DNA of 64,000 nt from an uncultured Candidatus Saccharibacteria bacterium (GCA_964562615.1 CAZLUD010000003.1:2885-66884); one strand, 5' to 3'; shown: positions 9,177-18,625, counted from the stretch's first letter. Numbers and translations are program-made. Notes: a model not told the origin generated them from the letters alone.

Positions 9177-10223
9177 ATGCATCATCTCCTAGAGCGCCAA
9201 TTAAAAAAGTACGTAGATGCCAAGGTACAGATTCCTCAGGAGTGCATGCAACTACTTGAGGCGGTAAGTGCCACCTACGAAGGGTACGATCAAGACAGGC
9301 GACTACTCGACCACTCATTTGATATCAGCTCAAAAGAATTTTCTGAGCTACACACTAAAGTCCTTACGCTTCTCTCTGAGCTACAAGCTGAAAAGGAGAG
9401 TGTTGAAAATAAGGTGGTAGAACGTACGCATGAGCTTCATCAAAAAGTAGAAGAGCTTAATGCAAGTAATCAATTACTCTCACAACAAGAAGCGCTGTTG
9501 ACTGAAGCGAACACCAGACTATTGGAGCTCGATAAGGTAAAGTCTGAATTTATTTCTGTTGCGGCACATCAACTACGCACACCACTCTCTGCTATTAAGT
9601 GGGCTCTCTCGCTTATGTGCGATGATTCTTCTGAAAACCTCACCATTGATCAGCGAAGCCTAATTCTTAAAGCATACGCAAGTACCGAGCGAACCATAAA
9701 CCTTATCAATAAAATGCTCGTGGTTACTCGAATAGAATCAGGAAAGCTCGAGTACGAACTTGCCCTTGTTCATATTGAGCATGTTATCGAATCGGTGATT
9801 TTAGATTTTGCTGGGTACGTGGCGCAGCATCAGGTAACACTTCATTTTGAGCCGCCACAAGAAGTGTTGCCGCCAGTAAAAATTGACTCAGAAAAAATAC
9901 GCGCCGTACTACAGAATTTAATAGAAAACGCACTCTCGTATACCAAAGCAGGGGGGAGTGTGGTGGTGCGAGCTCGTCATGAAGATGATCGAATTATGGT
10001 GTCAGTTAGCGATACAGGGATTGGTATACCCGAACATCAAAAAACCGCCATATTTACAAAGTTTTTCAGAGCAGATAACGCGCTCAAGGCTAAAACAGAT
10101 GGAACAGGACTCGGGCTATTTGTTGCAAAAAATATAATAGATAAACACGGTGGAGCAATCGCATTTGAAAGTGAAGAAGGCGAGGGTACCACTTTTTATT
10201 TTTCGCTACCAATTCCACGCTAG
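9177..10223 (+). CDS. cytoplasmic sensor histidine kinase: coiled coil, HisKA and HATPase_c domains, no transmembrane segment
   Basis: H-box SVAAHQLRTPLSAIK. N-box QNLIENALSYT. G-boxes DTGIGIP and GTGLGLFVAKNI. The ATG at 9177 has a GAGGGA RBS. An in-frame ATG at 9123 would overlap the FIST gene. Confidence 0.8.
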   Translation: MHHLLERQLKKYVDAKVQIPQECMQLLEAVSATYEGYDQDRRLLDHSFDISSKEFSELHTKVLTLLSELQAEKESVENKVVERTHELHQKVEELNASNQLLSQQEALLTEANTRLLELDKVKSEFISVAAHQLRTPLSAIKWALSLMCDDSSENLTIDQRSLILKAYASTERTINLINKMLVVTRIESGKLEYELALVHIEHVIESVILDFAGYVAQHQVTLHFEPPQEVLPPVKIDSEKIRAVLQNLIENALSYTKAGGSVVVRARHEDDRIMVSVSDTGIGIPEHQKTAIFTKFFRADNALKAKTDGTGLGLFVAKNIIDKHGGAIAFESEEGEGTTFYFSLPIPR

Positions 10224-10291
10224 TCACATAATGACTCTCACAGTGTGTGGGTAATTGATGGTATACTTTCACAAAGCGACATAACAACACT

Positions 10292-11089
10292 ATGAAAAAA
10301 ATCCTTATCATTGAAGATGAAGAAGTGCTCGGTGAACTGCTTCGTGATCACCTTGTGAACGAAGGATACGAGACCTATTGGGAAAAAGACGGTGAAGCAG
10401 GAATCGATACGCTAAAGAAGATACACCCAGATGTGGTATTGCTTGATATGGTGATGCCAAAAATGAATGGATACGAAACATTAGAAAAAATTCGCGGTGA
10501 TGAAGAAATAAAAGAAGTGCCTGTTATTGTTATTTCTAATTCGGGACAACCAGTTGAGATACGACACATTTTAGATATGGGGGTGAAGGATTACATTATC
10601 AAGGCGCAGTTTAGTCCTGCAGAAGTGCTTGAAAAGGTGCACAAGTATATAACGCCTAACGCAGAAGCAAAAAGCACCACCACCTCATCATTGCTTTCAA
10701 ATCCAGTAGCACGATTGCTCATTGTTGAGGATGACCCGTTTCTTTCATCTATTGCAGCAATGCACCTAAAAAAGAAAGGTTGCTCTGTCACGGTAGCGGT
10801 TGATGGAGAAAACGCTCTCGCATTACTTGAGAAGGAGATACCAGATCTTATACTTCTTGATATCATCATGCCCGGCATAAGTGGTATTGATGTCTTAAAG
10901 AAAATAAAAGCAGATTCGCGGTACAAGGATGTATCAGTCATTATGTTTTCTAACTTAGGGCAAGAGCATGAAATTGAGGAGTGCACCAACGCAGGAGCAG
11001 AAGATTTTTTGATAAAAGCTATGGTTACCCCACAAGAAGTTCTTGATCGAGTTCTCGCCATTTTAAAGAGAAAAGGGAAGCTACAATAG
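10292..11089 (+). CDS. response regulator with two tandem receiver (REC) domains and no output domain
   Basis: Two copies of the pattern ILIIEDE...LLDMVMP...KDYIIKA and LLIVEDD...LLDIIMP...EDFLIKA. Confidence 0.85.
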   Translation: MKKILIIEDEEVLGELLRDHLVNEGYETYWEKDGEAGIDTLKKIHPDVVLLDMVMPKMNGYETLEKIRGDEEIKEVPVIVISNSGQPVEIRHILDMGVKDYIIKAQFSPAEVLEKVHKYITPNAEAKSTTTSSLLSNPVARLLIVEDDPFLSSIAAMHLKKKGCSVTVAVDGENALALLEKEIPDLILLDIIMPGISGIDVLKKIKADSRYKDVSVIMFSNLGQEHEIEECTNAGAEDFLIKAMVTPQEVLDRVLAILKRKGKLQ

Positions 11090-11199
11090 CTCTATTGTTG
11101 TGGCGCTTTGACAGATAATGATATTTCTATACTCTCTGCGGTAGAGCCTCCCCGTGGTGGGTGGGGCATTGTGGCAAATAGCCACATGATGGAGTAGTC

Positions 11200-13131
11200 A
11201 TGACAGAGGGTAGAAATGATTTCGCGGCACTTATCGAGCTCGATCGCCAGGAACGGCAGAAGAAGCACTGGCGTGGCACGCTCCTTGACTATCTGGATCT
11301 CGTCAAGGCGAACCCACGGCTCGCCGATTTCTCGCACAAGCGCATGTACGACATGATCATCGATCGCGGCACGGAGAGTGTCGACGTCGAGGCCGACCCG
11401 CGCGCCAAGCGTGTCTTCGGTGATCAGAGCCCGAAGACGTACGGGTTCTTCAAGGACGAGTTCTTCGGCATGGAACGCACGCTCGACAAGATCGTGCGCT
11501 ACTTCCACTCGTCCGCCATGGGCGGCGAGGAAGCTCGCCAAGTCCTCTATCTGATGGGGCCGGTCGGCTCGGGAAAGAGCTCTCTCGTTGACCGCCTCAA
11601 GCGTGGCCTCGAGGATCTCGACCCGATCTATGTGATCGAAGGCTCTCCGAACTACTCAAGCCCGCTCTGCCTTATCCCGCGCCACTTACGCGGCGCGTTT
11701 GAGGAGATGCTGGGCGTGCGAATAGAGGGTGACATCGACCCGATCACCAGACATCGCCTGATGAACGAGTTCGGCGGTCAGTACGAGAAGATGCCGGTTT
11801 GCACGATGTCCTTCTCGATACGAGCCAGGAAGGGTGTCGGTGTCGTCCCCCCGGTCGACCCGAACAACCAGGACACCTCGGTCCTGATCGGCTCGGAGGA
11901 TATCAGCAAGCTCGACCGCTTCTCAGAGGGTGATCCGCGGGTATTGGAGCTGAGTGGCGCCTTCAACGTCGGTAATCGCGGCATGGTGGAGTTCATCGAG
12001 GTCTTCAAGAACGAGACCGAATATCTTCACACCATGATCACGGCGACGCAGGAGAAGATGGTTCCTGCACCTGGTCGCCATGGCACCATCTACGTCGACA
12101 CCGTGATCGTCGCACACAGCAACGAGGCGGAGTGGCAACGATTCAAGGCCGACCACACCAACGAGGCGATTCTTGATCGTATCGTCGTCGTCAAGGTGCC
12201 CTACAATCTCCGCCTCTCGGAGGAGGTGAAGATCTATCGGAAGTTCCTCAAGCGTTCCCGCTTCGACCTCAAGATCTCGCCGCATACGCTCGAGATCGCG
12301 TCGATGTTCGCGATCCTGACACGGCTCGAGCCAACGGGAAAATGCGATCTCCTCACCAAGCTCAAGATCTACAATGGTGAGGAGGTCCTCGAAAAGGGTA
12401 GACCAAAGAAGATCACGGCGCACGAGCTTCGTGACGACATCAAGCGAGAGGGGCTCTTTGGCATCAGCACGCGCTTCGTCATGAAGGCCCTCGACACGGC
12501 CCTCACGCAGAACGGTGGGTCTATTCATCCCATCAATGTGCGCGAGGCGCTCATTGGCATGGTCAAGGAGACCGACCTGCCGGAGGACACGAAACGGCAG
12601 CATCTGGAGTTCCTCCAGGACACGCTCCACAAGGTCTACCTCGAGCTGCTAGAGAAGGACATCACCAAGGCGTTTGTCTTTAGCTTCAAGGATCAAGCGG
12701 AGACACTCTTCCAGAACTACCTCGACAATGCCGAGGCCTACGTGACCAAGACCAAGGTCAAGGATCACGTGACCAAGGAGGAGATGCAGCCCGACGAGGG
12801 GTTCCTCAAATCCATCGAGGAGCAGATCGCGATTATCGGCCCGGCTGCCGACGGCTTTCGCCAAGAGGTGATCGCATACCTCTGGTCCGGCATGCGTCGT
12901 GGTGAGACGCTGAGCTACTCCGCCTACGAGCCCTTGAAAGAGGCCATCGAAAAGAAGCTGATGAACTCGGTCCGTGACATCAGCCGCATCATCACCAAGT
13001 CGCGCACCCGTGACGAGGAGCAGCGGCAAAAGTACTCGGCGATGGTCGAGAATCTCCTCGAGCAGGGGTACAACGAGGAGAGCATCGACACAGTGCTGAA
13101 GTATGCCGCTAACCATCTCTGGAAGGACTGA
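11200..13131 (+). CDS. prkA: PrkA-family serine protein kinase (YeaG-like, AAA+ N-domain)
   Basis: 643 aa and collinear with E. coli YeaG. Walker A is LMGPVGSGKSSL. The gene is markedly GC-rich compared with its flanks. Confidence 0.85.
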   Translation: MTEGRNDFAALIELDRQERQKKHWRGTLLDYLDLVKANPRLADFSHKRMYDMIIDRGTESVDVEADPRAKRVFGDQSPKTYGFFKDEFFGMERTLDKIVRYFHSSAMGGEEARQVLYLMGPVGSGKSSLVDRLKRGLEDLDPIYVIEGSPNYSSPLCLIPRHLRGAFEEMLGVRIEGDIDPITRHRLMNEFGGQYEKMPVCTMSFSIRARKGVGVVPPVDPNNQDTSVLIGSEDISKLDRFSEGDPRVLELSGAFNVGNRGMVEFIEVFKNETEYLHTMITATQEKMVPAPGRHGTIYVDTVIVAHSNEAEWQRFKADHTNEAILDRIVVVKVPYNLRLSEEVKIYRKFLKRSRFDLKISPHTLEIASMFAILTRLEPTGKCDLLTKLKIYNGEEVLEKGRPKKITAHELRDDIKREGLFGISTRFVMKALDTALTQNGGSIHPINVREALIGMVKETDLPEDTKRQHLEFLQDTLHKVYLELLEKDITKAFVFSFKDQAETLFQNYLDNAEAYVTKTKVKDHVTKEEMQPDEGFLKSIEEQIAIIGPAADGFRQEVIAYLWSGMRRGETLSYSAYEPLKEAIEKKLMNSVRDISRIITKSRTRDEEQRQKYSAMVENLLEQGYNEESIDTVLKYAANHLWKD

Positions 13132-13330
13132 TTGATGATCAGTCCTTTCCAACAACAACAATTTTTTTATAGATTATTGAGACGTGAAAAGTCTCGATGG
13201 TCAGGGCGGGGTATAAAAATACCTCGCTAGCAAACTGAGCCATACAAGGAAACTTGTATGGCTCACATTCTTGTCATTTTTTTATAAAGATATATGCTCA
13301 AAAAAGTTGAACCACATGTGGGGGTTGCAC

Positions 13331-14533
13331 ATGACTACGGTCTTTCGACCTTACAACGAGACGGAAGCACTGCGATCTGATCGCAGTGCAGGTGATCGCA
13401 AGCGCCATCGCGAGAAGCTGCGGCGCTCGCTTAAGGACAACATTGCCGACATCATCGCCGAGGAGAGCATCATCGGCCGAGATCGAGACAAGGTGATCAA
13501 GGTGCCGATCCGTGGTGTGAAGGAGTATCGCTTCACCTTCGGCAACAATTCAGGCAGTGTCGGTGTTGGCGATGGGAATACAGAAGTTGGGGATATCGTC
13601 GGCCCTGCCGGACAGGGCGAGAAGGGTCAAGGGCCGGCCAGCAATCATCCGGGTCAGGATATCTACGAGACGGAGATCACGATCGACGAGCTGATCGACA
13701 TCATGTTCGAGGATCTGGAACTCCCCGATATGGAGCGGAAGATCCTCAAGGAGGCCCTCGCTGAGCGGACGAGTAAGCGCAAGGGTTACCGCAAGGCCGG
13801 CATTCGTGTGCATCTCGATCGCAAACGTACCATCAAGTCGAAGATTAGGCGGCGGATCGCTCAGGGCCTGCCACTCGTTGATAGTGAGGACGAGACCGAT
13901 TTGCCCGAACATGATGAACGCGAGACCAGCTTTCCTTTTCGCAAGGAGGATCTGACTTACCGCCGTCTGGTCGACGAGCCGCGCGAGGAAAGCAACGCGG
14001 TCGTCATCTGCATCATGGACACGTCGGGCTCGATGGACCGCTTGAAGAAGTATCTGGCCCGAAGCTTCTTCTTTCTGCTCTACCAATTCGTCCGCACGCG
14101 TTATGATCAGGTGAAGATCGTCTTTGTTGCACATCAAAGCGAAGCCGCCGAGGTGACGGAGGACGAGTTCTTTCACAAGGGCGAGTCCGGCGGCACGCTG
14201 ATATCGTCGGGCTACAAGAAGGCGCTCGAGGTAATAGAGCAGCGATTTCACCCGGAGCATTGGAATATCTATGCATTCCACTGCTCGGATGGCGATAATT
14301 TTGGGAGTGACAACGAGGAGACGCTTGCGTGCGCCCAGCAGCTCTGCGACGTCACCAACCTCTTCGGCTATGGCGAAATCAAGCCGATTGGCGGCAACTA
14401 CCATGAGAGCTCGATGCTCGAGCGCTTCCGTCAGATGTGCCGCGACAATTTCCATACCGCGCTGATCAAGCGACGCGAGGATATCTGGCCGGCCTTCGCC
14501 AACCTCATGAAGAAGGATAAAACTAATTACTAA
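13331..14533 (+). CDS. yeaH: YeaH/YhbH family protein (DUF444, vWA-like)
   Basis: Gly-rich GQGEKGQGPASN segment. ELIDIMFEDLELPDM matches YeaH. The vWA-like segment is IMDTSGSM. The GC shift begins at the ATG at 13331; the ORF track's 13271 start lies in an AT-rich spacer. Confidence 0.8.
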   Translation: MTTVFRPYNETEALRSDRSAGDRKRHREKLRRSLKDNIADIIAEESIIGRDRDKVIKVPIRGVKEYRFTFGNNSGSVGVGDGNTEVGDIVGPAGQGEKGQGPASNHPGQDIYETEITIDELIDIMFEDLELPDMERKILKEALAERTSKRKGYRKAGIRVHLDRKRTIKSKIRRRIAQGLPLVDSEDETDLPEHDERETSFPFRKEDLTYRRLVDEPREESNAVVICIMDTSGSMDRLKKYLARSFFFLLYQFVRTRYDQVKIVFVAHQSEAAEVTEDEFFHKGESGGTLISSGYKKALEVIEQRFHPEHWNIYAFHCSDGDNFGSDNEETLACAQQLCDVTNLFGYGEIKPIGGNYHESSMLERFRQMCRDNFHTALIKRREDIWPAFANLMKKDKTNY

Positions 14534-14550
14534 TTGAGGGCAATGCCTCG

Positions 14551-14584
14551 AAGCCGTGCGTGGTACGCACGGCTTTTCTTTTTA
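14551..14584 (+). terminator. rho-independent terminator after yeaH
   Basis: aaGCCGTGCGtggtaCGCACGGCttttcttttt. Confidence 0.7.
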
Positions 14585-14648
14585 TATTTTTGCTATACAG
14601 TGCCGAAAGAAGCCCACTCATGATGAGTGGGTAAAAAGGAGAGTTGTA

Positions 14649-16049
14649 ATGTCTGAATGGAGCTTAGAGGACCTCGAGCGATGGGACGAGCGGATCCAGG
14701 TGAAGGTGGCCAACTACGGGCTCGATTGCTATCCTCAGGAGTTTGAGGTCTGCGATCAGAATGCCATGCTCGGCTACATGGCCTATCACGGCATGCCATC
14801 GCACTACCCGCACTGGTCCTATGGCAAGGCATACGAGCAACAGAAGACCATGTACGACTACGGGGTCACGGGCCTCCCGTATGAGCTGGTCATCAACTCC
14901 GACCCTTGCCTTGCCTACCTCATGCGCGACAACAGTCTGTGCCTACAGATCCTGACGATCGCTCATGTGTACGGGCACAACGACTTCTTCAAGAACAACT
15001 TCACCTTCACCAGCGCCACGCGCGCCAGCGAGACGATTGCATCCTTCAAGACCAGGGCCGATCGGATCCGCCGCTACATGAAGGATCCATCGATTGGCGC
15101 TGATGCGGTCGAGCGCTTCCTCGATGCGGCGCATGCCCTTGCATTCAACCGCACGCGGAACCTGGCGATCAAGAAGCTCGATGCCGAGGGTCAACGCGAG
15201 CGGCTGCGGGATCTTGCTGAGCCAAGGCGCGATCCGTTTGCTGCGATCCACAAAACCGCGGTGCATAACCCGCCCGATCTCTCTTGCTTCCCACTAGAAC
15301 CCGATCAGGACATTCTCTTGTTCGTCCGCGACAACAACAAGGATCTGGCCGCCTGGCAGCGGGACATCCTCACCATCGTAGACGAGGAGACCTGCTACTT
15401 CCTCCCTCAGATTGATACAAAGATCATGAACGAGGGCTGGGCCAGTTTCTGGCACCACAAGCTCATGAACGCGATCGATCTACCGCCCGAGATCCACATG
15501 GAGTTTCTGGTCCGCCACAACCAGGTGGTCTGCCCACATCCAGGCGGCCTCAATCCGTACCATGTTGGCTTTGTCATCTGGTCTGCCCTCGAAAAACGCT
15601 TCGGCGGGGTCGAGTCGAAGGACTGCGTCGCGAATCTCATGCAGATCCGCGAGGCGGAGCGCGATGTCTCGTTCCTGCGTCGTTTTCTCACGCCTGAACT
15701 GATGCATGAACTTGACCTCTTTGCCTACAGACCTCAAGGTGAACACCTCGTCGTGACTGAGGTGAGCGATAAAGATGATTGGGAGCATGTTAAGAACCAG
15801 CTACTCGCGCAGATCGGCTCGAACAGCTTCCCTGTCATCAAGATCGTTGATGCAAATAGTGAGGGGAAGGGTATCCTTCATCTCACTCACGAGCATGATG
15901 GCCGAGATCTCGATGTTACATCTGCAATAAAGACTCTGGTCCATCTTGAGACTTTGTGGGGTAGGGATGTCAGTCTTTTGACATGCATCGGTGCGTCTAA
16001 GAAGAAGATAAAAGTACACAGAGGAGATTCCGAAGTCAAAAACGCTTAG
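14649..16049 (+). CDS. spoVR: SpoVR family protein (YcgB-like)
   Basis: LDCYPQEFEV...MPSHYPHWSYGKAY...LAYLMRDN...IAHVYGHNDFFKNN matches the SpoVR/YcgB family. An AAGGAG RBS precedes the ATG at 14649. Confidence 0.85.
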   Translation: MSEWSLEDLERWDERIQVKVANYGLDCYPQEFEVCDQNAMLGYMAYHGMPSHYPHWSYGKAYEQQKTMYDYGVTGLPYELVINSDPCLAYLMRDNSLCLQILTIAHVYGHNDFFKNNFTFTSATRASETIASFKTRADRIRRYMKDPSIGADAVERFLDAAHALAFNRTRNLAIKKLDAEGQRERLRDLAEPRRDPFAAIHKTAVHNPPDLSCFPLEPDQDILLFVRDNNKDLAAWQRDILTIVDEETCYFLPQIDTKIMNEGWASFWHHKLMNAIDLPPEIHMEFLVRHNQVVCPHPGGLNPYHVGFVIWSALEKRFGGVESKDCVANLMQIREAERDVSFLRRFLTPELMHELDLFAYRPQGEHLVVTEVSDKDDWEHVKNQLLAQIGSNSFPVIKIVDANSEGKGILHLTHEHDGRDLDVTSAIKTLVHLETLWGRDVSLLTCIGASKKKIKVHRGDSEVKNA

Positions 16050-16054
16050 GTGGC

Positions 16055-16089
16055 CGCCCGCTCTTGTGAGCGGGCGTTTCCTTTTTGTC
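16055..16089 (+). terminator. rho-independent terminator after spoVR
   Basis: CGCCCGCTCttgtGAGCGGGCGtttcctttttgt. Confidence 0.75.
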
Positions 16090-16144
16090 TGGAGTCTGCT
16101 ATAAATCATAAGCGGTAGATGGTTGTGTATATAGTATTTTGCAT

Positions 16145-16217
16145 GGCGACTATGGTGTAATGGTCAACACAGGGGTTTGTGGAGCCCCTGATCTGGGTTC
16201 GATTCCCAGTAGTCGCC
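16145..16217 (+). tRNA. tRNA-His (anticodon GTG) with a genomically encoded G-1
   Basis: G-GCGACTA...anticodon loop tTTGTGGa...TTCGATTCC...TAGTCGC-C. The 7-bp acceptor stem is perfect. The extra 5' G pairs with the discriminator C73. Confidence 0.8.
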
Positions 16218-16270
16218 CAAATCGGCCGACCGAATACGCGAATGCGTTTCGGTCGTTGCCGTTTGGAGAG
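16200..16270 (+). repeat. 71-bp direct repeat, copy 1: the tRNA-His T-arm and acceptor 3' end plus 50 nt of downstream hairpin
   Basis: cgattcccagtagtcgcccaaatcggccgaccgaatacgcgaatgcgtttcggtcgttgccgtttggagag is identical to 16385-16455. Confidence 0.85.
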
Positions 16271-16384
16271 AGTACGGGAATCGAACGGCGGAGGCGGTCT
16301 ACGATTTTACGAAACAAAGTGCAGTAAAATTGTCGCCGAGCCGCGCCCAGCGTGCTTAGCCAAAATGGCTTAGCAAAAGCGGGG

Positions 16385-16455
16385 CGATTCCCAGTAGTCG
16401 CCCAAATCGGCCGACCGAATACGCGAATGCGTTTCGGTCGTTGCCGTTTGGAGAG
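16385..16455 (+). repeat. 71-bp direct repeat, copy 2: a partial tRNA-His 3' end plus flank, with no 5' half
   Basis: Identical to 16200-16270. It is preceded by gcgggg, not by a tRNA body. Confidence 0.85.
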
Positions 16456-16502
16456 GGGCAGTACATGATTACTATGATACCAGCCTCTGGTATAGTTACC
16501 TC

Positions 16503-17198
16503 ATGGAAGTCCCCACTACAAAAAATGAAAACAAAGAATCATTCTACTCTGCCATGGTATGGATTATTTCTGGCGTGGGACTTATCACGTACGGCACAAT
16601 GGGCGTACTTAGTGCTACTATCCCAGGAGTAGAAGAGCTTGTTGCGTACCTTTCAACCGCAAGCGGAACACACATATATATCGCTGCGTTTGTGTCTATT
16701 CTTATAGAGGGTACGTATCTTGTTGGTAATTTTTTCCCTGGAACAACTCTCATTGTTATTCTTACTATTCTCTCGCAAGTGAGTGGGGTCAGTGTATTTA
16801 TAGGAACCATCCTCTGTGTGTTGTTGGGGTGGTATACGGCGGGCGCAATCAATATCTATCTTGCAAAGACATATTACAAAAAAATGATTTCTCCAGTGGG
16901 ATCAGAGTCATCGCTGGTACACGATAGACTTTTTACTACATGGTTTCCTGCATTTAGAGCAAATTATGAAGTAGCCCAAATCACCGAAGGGGGAAGTGCG
17001 CGCGGTGTGTTTTTTTCATCACTTCGAGTAAAAACACTTGTTGTGGGGGTAGCAACAATAGGAGCACTGCTTGTGCCGTATGTATTAGATATCCACTCTA
17101 TTAGTAATGAAGAAGGGTTCCTCACTATTGCAGCAGTGGCTACTATTAGTATCGCCGTGGGGAGTTTTAAATTGTTTATGATATATAGACACGCGTGA
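16503..17198 (+). CDS. integral membrane protein, possibly DedA/TVP38 family
   Basis: Several hydrophobic helices. The LIEGTYLVGNFFPGTTLIVIL motif resembles the DedA E...P.PGE signature. Confidence 0.4.
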   Translation: MEVPTTKNENKESFYSAMVWIISGVGLITYGTMGVLSATIPGVEELVAYLSTASGTHIYIAAFVSILIEGTYLVGNFFPGTTLIVILTILSQVSGVSVFIGTILCVLLGWYTAGAINIYLAKTYYKKMISPVGSESSLVHDRLFTTWFPAFRANYEVAQITEGGSARGVFFSSLRVKTLVVGVATIGALLVPYVLDIHSISNEEGFLTIAAVATISIAVGSFKLFMIYRHA

Positions 17199-17232
17199 GG
17201 TAACATTTAATATGCACATAGCAATGTAATGT

Positions 17233-17742
17233 ATGAGAATATCTATACCGTATTTTAAACAAGACACCGTATACACCTGTGGCGCCGCATCATTACAAAT
17301 GGCGCTTGCGTACTGGGGGATTGATGATAGTGAAAAACGGTTAGCAAAATGGATGGGTACTAACTACTCAGTTGGTACCCTACGTTCAGCTATGCAAGAA
17401 GAGGCAAGGCGTCACGGTCTGTATGCGTATGTAAATGAATCTGCACATATAGAAGAAATAGGATATTTTCTTCACAGAAAAATCCCCGTAATAGTGAGAT
17501 TTATTGAGCGTTCTCCATCACACGATGAGCACTATGCAGTAGTATCAGGGTATGGGCCAACCTACATCACGTTACGGGATCCGTGGCACGGTCCAAAAAT
17601 TCGCTACGAGCGAGAACATTTTATAGAAAAATGGAAAGGGCAAGGGATGGTTGCATGGCTTATGGCAGTAGCGCCATTTGATATGCAGTTTGGAAGGCAG
17701 CTTGGCCCGAAGCGCTCACACCGCACCTCATCAATTACCTAG
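17233..17742 (+). CDS. peptidase C39-like (papain-fold) domain protein
   Basis: Cys motif QDTVYTCGAASLQMAL and His motif EHYAVVSGY, as in C39_2-like peptidases. Confidence 0.55.
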   Translation: MRISIPYFKQDTVYTCGAASLQMALAYWGIDDSEKRLAKWMGTNYSVGTLRSAMQEEARRHGLYAYVNESAHIEEIGYFLHRKIPVIVRFIERSPSHDEHYAVVSGYGPTYITLRDPWHGPKIRYEREHFIEKWKGQGMVAWLMAVAPFDMQFGRQLGPKRSHRTSSIT

Positions 17743-18142
17743 ATGTAAACGTAATGTGTTTATGAAGAAAAAAGGTACCAATACCTGTCACGATAGCTAA
17801 TAATGCTCGCGCGGCAAGCGGGTGAATGAGGGTGTATTCAGTAAGTAAGTGAATCACTCCAGTAACGGCAATAGCCCCACCTAATGCGATGAGTAAAAAT
17901 TTTGCGTATACGTACTTATTCTTTTCTTTTTTTCGTCGAGTGAAGGCAAAGTGCTTAGACACATAATAGTGCATAGATACTGCAATAAAAAAGGTAGGAC
18001 CAGTTGCATATAGATAGGGAATACCCAGGTAGTCTATAAGTATCCAAAGAGAGAAAAGTTCTAGGCTAAAAAGCGCCGTACCAGCAAGTGAGTAGGGGAT
18101 AAATGCCTCTTTATTCTTTTTAATAATTCGGCCTAACACCAT
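17735..18142 (-). CDS. small 4-TM membrane protein, GtrA-like
   Basis: 135 aa with four predicted helices and a basic loop, consistent with a GtrA-family topology. Confidence 0.4.
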   Translation of the reverse strand: MVLGRIIKKNKEAFIPYSLAGTALFSLELFSLWILIDYLGIPYLYATGPTFFIAVSMHYYVSKHFAFTRRKKEKNKYVYAKFLLIALGGAIAVTGVIHLLTEYTLIHPLAARALLAIVTGIGTFFLHKHITFTSR

Positions 18143-18201
18143 AGATGCAATAGTAATAATATGCTACTATCGAGGCAAATTAATAGCTAGCACAGTAGTA
18201 C

Positions 18202-18573
18202 ATGATTGATGAATTCAAGAAGTTTGCAATGAGAGGTAATGTTATAGACTTGGCAGTCGGTGTAGTCATCGGCGGCGCTTTTGGAAAAATAGTCGATTCA
18301 CTAGTAGGAGATATTTTAATGCCAATTGTTGGGGTACTCACGGGCGGGATTAACTTTAGCGGACTTTCATTTACTGTTGGATCTGCAACGCTTGCGTACG
18401 GTAAGTTTATCCAAGCGACTATCGTGTTTGTAATTGTGGCATTTGCGTTGTTTGTGCTTATAAAAGCAATAAACACCATGAAGAAAAAAGAGGATGAAGC
18501 ACCTCATGCACCAGCAAAGCCAAGCGCAGAGGTGGAGCTTTTGACACAAATCCGAGATTCACTCAAAAAGTAG
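18202..18573 (+). CDS. mscL: large-conductance mechanosensitive channel
   Basis: [38 protein letters not shown] is near-identical to the MscL N-terminus. Confidence 0.9.
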   Translation: MIDEFKKFAMRGNVIDLAVGVVIGGAFGKIVDSLVGDILMPIVGVLTGGINFSGLSFTVGSATLAYGKFIQATIVFVIVAFALFVLIKAINTMKKKEDEAPHAPAKPSAEVELLTQIRDSLKK

Positions 18574-18625
18574 TCTATACACAGCGCACACATAGAGCAT
18601 TACGATTGTTTGCTATACTGTGTGT

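Noticed and set aside
11923-14455. Long minus-strand ORFs (235, 170 and 301 aa) antisense to prkA and yeaH
   Set aside because: They lie entirely inside the GC-rich plus-strand genes, which have strong homology-like motifs. High GC suppresses stop codons on the opposite strand. None has a recognisable motif.
16139-16373. Two plus-strand ORFs of 62 and 64 aa
   Set aside because: They overlap the tRNA-His gene and its 71-bp repeat, and their products show only arbitrary, low-complexity sequence.
7560-16460. Whole 8-kb block between tRNA-Leu and tRNA-His as a single integrative island
   Set aside because: Both tRNAs have their 5' ends facing the block, and no integrase or recombinase is present. 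The repeats are local 3'-end duplications lying outside the block. Composition shifts only from 11.2 kb onward. I therefore report the GC island and the tRNA scars as separate observations.
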